From assembly GCA_030295235.1 (NCBI GenBank), contig AP026123.1, forward strand, positions 1-64,000: a stretch of 64,000 bases of DNA, given 5' to 3'. Shown one piece after another: positions 1 to 9,288 of this stretch (position 1 is the stretch's first letter; each line of letters opens with the position of its first letter). This stretch comes from Fistulifera solaris. Lineage: Eukaryota. The notes beneath the pieces were generated by a model. That model saw only the letters and a program-made list of their open reading frames with translations, made no database searches and was not told where the DNA came from. A program made the translations under genes and the position numbers.

Positions 1-59
1 CCTAACCCTAACCCTAACCCTAACCCTAACCCTAACCCTAACCCTAACCCTAACCCTAA
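1..59. repeat. Telomeric repeat (CCCTAA)n / (TTAGGG)n, chromosome left end
   Basis: About 10 perfect CCCTAA units from base 1, ending abruptly at 59. Confidence 0.97.
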
Positions 60-299
60 GGATTTGACTTTTGTATGGGCTAAAGTGTAGATGACCCCTT
101 CTCTGACCCCCTTCTTCACGTTTTTGACCCCCTTCCGTCTTCTCCGACCAAAACAGACGCAGCAACAAAAATTCTGCACTATACAAATTCAAAGTAGTGA
201 CCCCCTAAGACTTCCACTCAACAACAGTCTAGTCGCTATAACCGGGATAATATTAACCGGGATGGTCGGTATTACCGGGATGAATTCGAGGCGAGCACT

Positions 300-341
300 T
301 ATTAATCATTCCTGTAGCAGCGGCTACAGGAATGATTAATA
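300..341. repeat. Perfect 19-bp inverted repeat (hairpin) with 4-nt loop
   Basis: TATTAATCATTCCTGTAGC (300-318) - AGCG - GCTACAGGAATGATTAATA (323-341). Confidence 0.95.
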
Positions 342-342
342 G

Positions 343-359
343 CTAACCCTAACCCTAAC
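343..359 (+). repeat. Interstitial telomeric tract CTAACCCTAACCCTAAC
   Basis: 17 nt of telomere repeat in the same orientation as the terminal tract, immediately after the hairpin. Confidence 0.9.
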
Positions 360-1364
360 TCCATGCAAGGGCATAACGCGTAAGGCCGCTAGTTACTACA
401 ACATCAAGAATGCCGATTAATTAAATCATCTTTCTAACTGTAATGGTTGAAAGAAAGCTTCACCCAAGACGCAGGGACTTGAAAATGTTTCACTAGATAG
501 TATTGACCCAAAAGTCTCATGTCACACATCACTGACAGTCGACGAAGAGCTACAAATGTACCTCCACGACTTTCAATTACTCCTTGTTTCCCTCGGCAGT
601 CGAAGATTCTTTATTGCGGGCTTCCCAGTCCTTCTTTAGTGACTCAGCATACGATTCTTGTGCTGCTTCTTTGTCAACTTTTTGTGGCGACATCTGTTGT
701 TGGTATCGCTGTGAATGCTCTCTGTTCATGACATCGCGCACCAACAAGCCAGTTTTGGGGTCACTTATCCATTTATCGGAGTCACGGCTATCAATCATGA
801 CATGGGAAGCAACATCTGGGGCCTGTACGCCATCTTGCTTCGGTCGGTACGAAGTCGATCCTGATTTCCACCAATCGGGTATTTAGGAGTAGGTCGTCTC
901 GCTTGCGTCGACTCTTTCGGCTTGGAAGAACGCATACTAGCTTCTCTATCGCGATCAGCAGAGAGCTTATCTACCCATTGAGGGCTTCCCATAACCTCTG
1001 CTTGTAACGATGGATCGTTCGCAGCAACAGAGAGAAAAGTCGACGACGCTACTTTCCCGGAGGAAACCTTTGAACGACAAAAGCAGCCTGCGCTGCCACT
1101 GCCAAGATGACAATGTAAAGCAGAAATTTTACCATCGTTACTGTCGCTCTGATCGCTTTTTTGCTTATTGACTTTGTCTAATACAAAACAAACAAAGGAA
1201 CGTTGTGTGTCGAGCAAATACCTGGTATCGCTTCGCTTGTTTATCGCCAGATGTCACGGTCGTTTTAGTGGAGCGCGCGAGAAATCAAGAACACGTTGTG
1301 AAGCTGGCGGCCTTTTGTGCGTACGTCACTGTTTTTTAGTTTTGGCGATGCGTTTCGCGGAACA

Positions 1365-1834
1365 CATAGGAGTAAGTAGAAACCCTGGGATGGAGATATG
1401 TCTGTTCTCGACCGTTTTTTACGCGATACTCCGTCTTGTGAGCTTATCTGTCATTGTACACAGTGCGACATCGGTCGAAAATGGGTCGAATATCGAAGTT
1501 GAGCATGCCGCACCGTGTAATCATCACGGCAAAATGATCGATCTTTGCATGTCAATAACGTATCAAAGTATGGTCCGACTTTTGGCCGTCATTGCAAATC
1601 TTTTCTTTCTTAATATTTCAAAACAATTTAGTATCACGGCCAAGGGTCGGACCATACTTTCGTATTAAGGTAGGCTCATCTAAGGTCAGCTCTTTGTCGT
1701 GCTGTTACGCGGCGAAAATTTCGCAGCAGCAGCGCAAAAGGGTCTGACGACGGACAAACGTTGGTTTAGGGGTGAAACTATCAACGGTTGAAAACAGACA
1801 TATCTCCATCCCAGGGTTTCTACTTACTCCTATG
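1365..1834. mobile_element. Non-autonomous DNA transposon (MITE), 470 bp, 52-bp TIRs
   Basis: TIR 1365-1416 (CATAGGAGTAAGTAGAAACCCTGGGATGGAGATATGTCTGTT...) is the reverse complement of 1783-1834 with 2 mismatches. Direct repeat CGGAACA at 1358-1364 and 1835-1841 (9-bp GCGGAACAC if the ends move in by one base). No transposase. Confidence 0.9.
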
Positions 1835-2505
1835 CGGAACACAAGAACTCAAAGAACAATTTTGCGGACGGAGACAGACTGTTATCATCTTGCCGGCGGC
1901 CGGCTACCAGGCGGTATACAAAGTACGACGAGTGCTCATCGCTCATCGCTCATCGCGTTCAGATTGAGATGCATTATTTAGCCATCAACGTCAAACGTGA
2001 AATGAATCAAAAACGCTTTACATAACGTCACTGCTAGTCCCAGTGATGTGATCGATAGGTTTTGCATCTGTCTCACGTCGGTTACCGGTTGACGCTAACG
2101 CAAACAACGCTTGACTAATCGAACCAATTCCAAGAACGACTGATCACTATCTGCTGATGAAGGCATACGATGAAGTCGAAATCCTGCGTAAACGATCAGC
2201 GATGACTATTGAGCATCAAGATGATTTGAAGGTTCGCAGTACGAATGGAATTTTATCAATAGTTTTCGTTTCTTCCTATGAACAAGATGGAAATAACAAA
2301 GTGAAGGAATTCATCATCAATACTGTTGTAATATAAGCCGTTATTCTAGACGTCTATTTCTAGAGTACAGCGAATAATTGCTAAAGATTTAATGTATCTC
2401 TGGTTTGTTTCTGTCGAACGAAGAATGCTATCAAAAGCTCCACCAACGTCCGTAAACGAAAAAAAAGGCATCAACACAACCGTACAATCCTTGATCTGGT
2501 TTTCC

Positions 2506-3198
2506 TTACAAGTAGCAAACTTGATACAAAATCCGAATCGGTGTGACGTGAATCCTTTCCTGTTGAAACACATCAATGATTTCAGCCGCTCGCTCGTCGA
2601 TTTCGTCGGCGGCGTGCTCAAGTCTCCAACACAAATCCAGAGCAACTTGTCCCTGCAACGCTGCTTCTTGTGGGTTGTCTTTTGTGTCCAAACAGATTAC
2701 ATGAATAGGTTTGAAGTCTTCCGTCGGTTCCCGTATTTGTAAGTCCTCGATGACAGCATCATAAATGCGCTCTTCAAACGCAATAACAACAGCGTGTGAC
2801 TGAATAACATCCGTGGGAGTATCCTGCCATCGATTAGGTGCTCGCTTAACGGCAGCTCCTCGGCGGCAAAGCTGAAGAACTCCGTTTCTCGAAAAGTATT
2901 CAGCGTCGTCTAACGCCAAATTATGAAACATGTGCTCATACGGCGTGCCAAATTTGAAAATTTTCGGCTCCATTGCTGTTTTCCCTGGAAGTCGAACCTG
3001 CGTTCCAGAGCCATACGATTCGACGCGCAAACCTGCGTTGCCAAGTACTAAATGTGCTTCCATCGAACGATTGATATTTGACGAGCAAACGACACCAAAT
3101 GATATTTTTGACTTTGGTAGATGATTTTCCAAAGGGGCAATACCCGGTGGAGTCACGGGACGAGGTAGAGATGGGCCTCCAAAAGAGCGGTTGGACAT
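2506..3198 (-). CDS. SSU72: RNA polymerase II CTD phosphatase Ssu72
   Basis: Catalytic VCSSNINRSMEAH, plus SYGSGTQVRLPG, FGTPY, FEERIYDAV and DTKDNPQEA motifs. First ATG at 3198 (MSNRS). Intact ORF. Confidence 0.95.
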   Translation of the reverse strand: MSNRSFGGPSLPRPVTPPGIAPLENHLPKSKISFGVVCSSNINRSMEAHLVLGNAGLRVESYGSGTQVRLPGKTAMEPKIFKFGTPYEHMFHNLALDDAEYFSRNGVLQLCRRGAAVKRAPNRWQDTPTDVIQSHAVVIAFEERIYDAVIEDLQIREPTEDFKPIHVICLDTKDNPQEAALQGQVALDLCWRLEHAADEIDERAAEIIDVFQQERIHVTPIRILYQVCYL

Positions 3199-5219
3199 GA
3201 TAAAGAGCGAAGGGACGACCGAGAAGAGAAAATCGAACTTTGAAAGGGCGAAATGTTTGATAGCAAGAAGCACGAAAGCAAGAAGTCTCGTTCTTGTTAT
3301 GTACTCTAGAAAGCTTTTTGGTGGAAATCTAGCGAATAAACTGAAATAGAAACTTGGTTTCTGTCGACAAAAACAATTTCAACTGTTTGTTTACCTTCAT
3401 CAATGGGCGGCAAAAATAAGTAAGGAAGCGGACACGTTCGCCTCGATTACTTGTACAGTACTTGTACTGCTTTGTCGTCCTCCGGTCCGGTACCTGGTAC
3501 AGTACTGGTACCAGGTACTGCATGCTCGGGACTCACGCTGGACTTCCAAACTTCCGGGACTGAAAAGGTTTCAGTCGAAAAGACGACAATGTTTATAACC
3601 TAGCAATCGACGCGGTCCATTCTTGTCATGGTAGCTATTTGTATATCGACTTGAAAATAATTGATTACTTCGTAATGTCTCATCCATTTTTCGGAGCCTA
3701 GTTTCCACCGTGACAGCAAAAGTGCTTTTTTCAATGCTATAACGTCGGAAACCGTGAAGCCCTGTTAGTCTCTTCATGTACATGTACCAGGTCATCAAAG
3801 CAACTCATTTAGGCGTGACAATCAAATCCTTCATCGATTTTGTTGATCATTATATTATGTTCTAAATGAAGCTCGTGAACCCTTTCCAATGAGATTACCG
3901 CACACTCATCAAGTAAGTTTAGAATATTTGCGACCAATGGATGTGCGTAACTCTCTTCAGCAGTGGTTGAGTCTCTCCGTGTTATTCTTCAAATTGTTGA
4001 GTGAATGAACCGCGTCAATTTTTTTTACCTGAATGTATTCGCTTTTTGCCATCACTTTTTACAGCGAGGGTAATCGGAATCCCGAGCTGTAAATTCGTAC
4101 TTGTAATACATCATGTACAATCCGTAACAGATTGAACATCAGACGTTCCGGCTCTTGTCTTTTGTTGCTAGACGCTGGATTCACGTTTCCACGATCAAAA
4201 TGGGGAACGGGAGCTAAGAGCAAAAAATAAAGACAATCCACTGGGAACAAACAAATTTACGACAAGAACACGACAAAAGACAACTAACTAAAGTCCGCTC
4301 GAGATGCACGAGACACAAGACACCGACTAGAAAGAACGGCGTGGGCTGGGCGTGGGGAGAAAGAATTATTGGGAGCAGGGAAAAAGGAGAGGCGAGAGGC
4401 TTGTCGCTTGTCCATTTGAGTCATTCGTCCTCGACCGTGAACCCTGACACTTAACTTCAACTTACAACAACAGCTTTGGGACTTTGGGCTTCGGGGTTCG
4501 GGGCGAAAAACGCGGACGTGGAACGTGGGAAGGTGGAAGTGAACATGGGCGGCTTCGGGCGGCGTGAGGTGCGAGGTGTAAAGTGTGAAGGTGTGAGGCC
4601 ATTCACCATTCGCCATTCAAACTCGAACTTCGCATTTAGAATTTGAAGTAAGTTCTTAGAATTTATAGAAGAGGGGTAATAGCAACTCTAAACTCTAAAC
4701 TGCTCTTGGAGAAAAAGGGGATGTAAATGTAGGCTAAATCTTAGATTTTACCCGGAGTAGATTTTAGCATTAATTCTTTAGTCCGGCCGAAGTTTTCGTT
4801 GGGACTATGGGAGTTGTAAAATAATAATTATCGGACAAATGGACATTTTCGTGACTATCGCAATTCGCTATCGCCCTACCCTACATTTGAGTCGATACTA
4901 GTTGACACGTAATTGCAAGTGAATGTAAAATGTAAATCCTCCGAATAAGCGAATGAGTACTGTAGGGAAGTCTAAAAAATCATAAGCGGCGACACAAATA
5001 AGAACGCGGACAAAGGGGAAAGGCAACAACCCAACTACTTGTAAAGTTCGTTAAGATAGGCTTCCCGCCCCACGACCAAATAATGAAAATAGACATGTTG
5101 TCTGATTTTTGAACGACGCACCAAAGAGTTTCGCTCCATAAAATTTTAATCTTCCTCATTCATCCCGCAAACTCGCACCAGCATACCCAAACCGCATTCC
5201 AAAAATTACAGCACCGAAC

Positions 5220-6346
5220 ATGAGCTCATCCGCTGTACTTCCGACAGAGGCACAGTTATCTCAGTCTCCTGTTAAGCAGCTTCGAAAAACGCGGAAATCG
5301 ATTCAAAAATACTTCCAGCTTGGAAAGGTTATGTCCATTGGTCAAGACAACCCCTTCACTATTCATGCAGTCGACGAAGAAATGTTTCGGTGCTTCTGGT
5401 CGTTGTTCGCGGAGACCATGGTTGTGGATGGGGCTTTGAAGCGACCTACTAAAGAGAAGATATCCGTCCTTGTGAGCAAGAAGAACGATTGCCAAGTTTG
5501 TCTCATCGCGCACCACATGCTCAAGCAAATTTCTGATAAGGTCAGTGTCGATGAAGCCGACCCTTATTTAGAAGATGCGCTTGTGTTCGCCGAGGAAGTG
5601 CTCATGGCATCGCACAGCGGCCGTGAAATCAAAATTCCAGCTGACACCACGCTAAGCACGGAGGCCCAAGCCGAAGTCGCGTTGATCGTATTGGTCAAAA
5701 CACACATGAATCGCACTACTAGTGCCTTAGTCGGTGAGCAGTTGTCCACGGCCGCTTTTGGGGTCCCCCGCGTGGTAGCGAAGCGTATGGAAAGCAAGGG
5801 CGCTGTGAATGTCTTCAGTAAACTTCTTGCTCCCTTTTTGGCTCGCGGTATCAAGGCAAAGTACGAGCCAGGTATCACCCGAAACCTCTTCAAACACGTC
5901 GTAGATGACCATTTGACGTTGCCCTCGCATCTTAAAGGTGCAACGCTCGCCGGAGCTGAACGTGGTATCGCCTTGGCGCGAATGCACGCAGCTATGGACA
6001 CCATTTATGAAACTCGTTTAGAAGACAACATTCTTCCACGAGCTGTTGTTCACTTTGTGGACGACGCAATACCTCCTGCAGGTACGAGCCCGGGGCAAAT
6101 GTCGAGTTGGATTTTAGTCCACATGAGAAAGTCGATAGCGGCAGCGCTGCCTGATGAAAACCATCAATCCCTTGCAGCGCTTTTTATTGTTCGTCGCGTA
6201 CTCCCCCAAAAAGCATACAACGCTTGACACAGTGGGAGCAGACAGTGAAACGCTTGGGCCTCAAGAACGCTAAACTGTTGGTCTTGTGGTTCTCGATGCG
6301 ATTCACCCTTTTAAATGCAGCTGGTCTTGAGCAGGCACAGCCATAA
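5220..6346 (+). CDS. AhpD / carboxymuconolactone decarboxylase-like protein (frameshift near 3' end)
   Basis: AhpD core KEKISVLVSKKNDCQVCLIAH (E..VS..N.CxxC..H). The ORF stops at 6227, but an alternative frame continues QWEQTVKRLGLKNAKLLVLWFSMRF to TAA at 6344-6346. Confidence 0.7.
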
Positions 6347-6406
6347 CTCATTTCGACAATTAGCCAATCTTCAAACTCTATTCCATTCGTAGCACGCATT
6401 GTACAT

Positions 6407-9016
6407 TCAGTCCTCTACGGCGTGAAAGTCACAGTTCCATGTGTCATGTTGCTTCGTATCGATACTTATCTTCAATACTCCGGCGCGTCCATGGCTTTGC
6501 ACTTGCATCGAAAAAGAGTCGCGTGACTCCTCTTCTTCGTCGGAATCCACCGAACGTAGCGATATGGCGTCGTCCATATCTCCATCTATTCCAGTCTGAC
6601 AATTCTTAGAGACCAGTTCATTAGCATGGTATTGAACTCGAGAAATGTGTGAGTTCGGACTCAATCCAGAAAGCAGTAGCGTCCGCCCACGCGCCAAACG
6701 TTTGACGACTGTTAACGGTAGACCCCGAGGGTCACCATTCACGAAAGCCAACAATGGATGCTTCGACAAGCGACATTGTTCCGCTTGCTCTCGAATCCAT
6801 TTTATTTGCTCGCTCGATTCGTCAAAATTTTGGGCTGCTTGCAACACCAAACACTGTACGCCCAACCGCCAAGCTTGAACAAAGGTGGATTGTTTATCGT
6901 GGACGACTATTGAATGGACTCGCTGATTTTGGCCAACAACTTGCGTGCTTTTTTTGGTCAAGGGTGACGCCGAAGTCACCACAACCATATGTGGACGCGA
7001 CTTGTTGATAAAAGCAATTGCCAGCTTCAATAGTTTGGCGTGGCGTTTCAGAGTACATTCATCTTCTGTATCAAAATCATTGGATACAAACCATGGATGG
7101 ATCAACTGGTACACAACAATCTGGGGCAAACTCACTGCTAAGGTCCCGTACGGATCATGAAGGGTCGCTTTGGGCGCTTTGCCCTGGTCGTCGTTCATCT
7201 GAGTTAATCCAACTACGTCGTGCGTGTCTAAACGAATTTTGTTCAGTCGAGCTTCGATAGGATCCGCGAAAAATCGAGCGTAAACACGCGGCTCTCGCAA
7301 CCATTGACACCGATCTAAAACGTGCATTACGGCGCGGCGATCTTCGTTGGGGAGTTTTAAACAATCGTAGCGGGGCGATCCATCACCAGGGGGATGCTCA
7401 TCGAGGAGAGCCACATATCTCCAAGCGTCTTGATGAATGGCTTGGGCCAAAGGTCGAATACACAGATCTCGCAAAGAGGGAAGTACAGTTCCCGTCATGC
7501 CACTCGAAGTAGCTTGACTTTCAGTTAGCTTGGCGAAATAAGGATGCTTCCGAATGATATTGTACGCCCGCCCATCACCTTCGGTCACATCGTGTTCTAC
7601 AACCTTCCCATGGGGAGTGCTTGCAGACGGATAGACAAAACCGGATGCACCAATTCTTTGAGTTGGATCGTGTCGCATCAATTGTTGAATCAAATCCCAT
7701 GCCTCGTCTTCGACAATTCCGACTGGTCGCCGCAAGCAACCTTCTCGCTTAATTTTCAGAAAAGCTAAATATGGCGAAGGACAATTAAAGGGGGTCAAAC
7801 CGGTCTGCATGATATAAAACATACAACCGAGGGCCCATAGATCTGCCGCATGATTTGCACCCCATGCACCTTGAGCTTCAGCCCTTTCAGCTTCTTCCAT
7901 TCCCGATGTCCCGTTGACAGCCTCTGGGCTCATAAAATCCGGCGTTCCGACAAACTCTGGTCCGTTCAAATCGCGTTTCAGACAATCCTTTGCGGTCCCG
8001 AAGTCAATAATGACAACGTGTCGTTTTGCATTGAGCAGCACATTTTCAGTCTTAAGGTCGCGGTGCACAATGCCGTGGCGATGCATATGCTCTAAAGCAT
8101 CAATCATTTGAAACATCCATTGACGGCAACACGAAAACTTGTGACAACCAACCATGCATTTGTTTTGGTTTTCGTCGTGCTTCCATTGACATTGATTCCA
8201 CAAATCGTAAGGGTACAACTCCATCAAATAGTAAATAGTATTGTAGTCTTGAAAGGCGTGGTACATTTGTACAATGTACGGATGAGGCGGAAGTCGCTCT
8301 AGAAGAACACGTCGTTCCATTTGAATTTCATTGTAAACATTTGGATGCTGTCGCTTGGCTAGATCGGCAGCTTGTTTCTTTTCAATGCGTTTGAGCGCGA
8401 ATGTTTCCTGCGTCACTTTGTGTTGCACTACTACGATCTCGCTGAAATTACCGTGTCCCAACGTATCATTAATGAATTTGAATTCCTTGATACTAATCGG
8501 ACGCGAAACTGTTTTGATGGATGTTTCTGGCGCAGTCTGTTCCGTTTGTTGTTGTCGCTGTTGCAACTGGCTTTGCAACTCCTTCCATGCTTTTTCTTGC
8601 TCGAGTTCGATTGCGGTTGTAGCTGATAATATTGCTTGTATAATATCCGAGGCTTGGGACCATTTTTGCAAAGCAATGAGTGTTTTCGTCAATCGATATT
8701 TGGCTTTCTTGATGAGAGCCGTATCCGAAAGATTACTAGACGAAGAAGAGGTAGTCGACAAGTCGACAGCAGTCTGTGCATCTTCTTGCGATCGCTCATA
8801 TTCTTCTTGCTGAAAATACACAGCCGATCGATTGCATAGCAACAAGATTCGTAGCTTGCAATCAGTTTCATCTGTCGATAAAGCATTCAAACCAGCTGTA
8901 TACAAACTCAACGCCGCATCGTAGTTGCCTTGTTTGAATTCGTGATTTCCTCGCAACCGCAGATCGTCGGCTTCAGCTTTTGCAGAGGAGTAGTCGCTTG
9001 TTTCTTCGATTGTCAT
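6407..9016 (-). CDS. TPR + AGC/PDK1-like Ser/Thr kinase + degenerate calcineurin-like phosphoesterase domain
   Basis: TPRs (LRLRGNHEFKQGNYDAALSLY, LLCNRSAVY). Kinase motifs GHGNFSEI, ALK, HRDLKTEN, DFG, FVGTPDFMSPE, DLWALGC. The C-terminus resembles a CPPED1-type fold. Confidence 0.85.
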   Translation of the reverse strand: MTIEETSDYSSAKAEADDLRLRGNHEFKQGNYDAALSLYTAGLNALSTDETDCKLRILLLCNRSAVYFQQEEYERSQEDAQTAVDLSTTSSSSSNLSDTALIKKAKYRLTKTLIALQKWSQASDIIQAILSATTAIELEQEKAWKELQSQLQQRQQQTEQTAPETSIKTVSRPISIKEFKFINDTLGHGNFSEIVVVQHKVTQETFALKRIEKKQAADLAKRQHPNVYNEIQMERRVLLERLPPHPYIVQMYHAFQDYNTIYYLMELYPYDLWNQCQWKHDENQNKCMVGCHKFSCCRQWMFQMIDALEHMHRHGIVHRDLKTENVLLNAKRHVVIIDFGTAKDCLKRDLNGPEFVGTPDFMSPEAVNGTSGMEEAERAEAQGAWGANHAADLWALGCMFYIMQTGLTPFNCPSPYLAFLKIKREGCLRRPVGIVEDEAWDLIQQLMRHDPTQRIGASGFVYPSASTPHGKVVEHDVTEGDGRAYNIIRKHPYFAKLTESQATSSGMTGTVLPSLRDLCIRPLAQAIHQDAWRYVALLDEHPPGDGSPRYDCLKLPNEDRRAVMHVLDRCQWLREPRVYARFFADPIEARLNKIRLDTHDVVGLTQMNDDQGKAPKATLHDPYGTLAVSLPQIVVYQLIHPWFVSNDFDTEDECTLKRHAKLLKLAIAFINKSRPHMVVVTSASPLTKKSTQVVGQNQRVHSIVVHDKQSTFVQAWRLGVQCLVLQAAQNFDESSEQIKWIREQAEQCRLSKHPLLAFVNGDPRGLPLTVVKRLARGRTLLLSGLSPNSHISRVQYHANELVSKNCQTGIDGDMDDAISLRSVDSDEEEESRDSFSMQVQSHGRAGVLKISIDTKQHDTWNCDFHAVED

Positions 9017-9288
9017 GATTAGCTAACGTCAAGGGAAGATCAACAAGAGCATTTATTATGAACTCAGTAGTTTTGCTTTTTGTATGTGGCGAGTTTGCGT
9101 TATTGCGTTGCAAGACCCCTCCACGTGGAATGACGGTAGAGAGCGATAGAGCGAAAGTCAGTACGCCGTACGTAAAAGATTTCAATCAGGAGCTACGCGA
9201 GTCATGAGTTTCATGGAAAACGGCGGCCGCGCTATACATCATCGATGCGTTAAAATAAAATTTCATCGTCTTCGCAAAAGCTTTGACC

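Noticed and set aside
577..1217. Overlapping minus-strand ORFs as a gene
   Set aside because: No recognisable motif and it needs a frameshift. It cannot be supported, though a lineage-specific gene is not excluded.
3450..3520. GTAC-rich imperfect palindrome upstream of SSU72
   Set aside because: Low-complexity iteration of a 4-bp palindrome generates such symmetry by itself.
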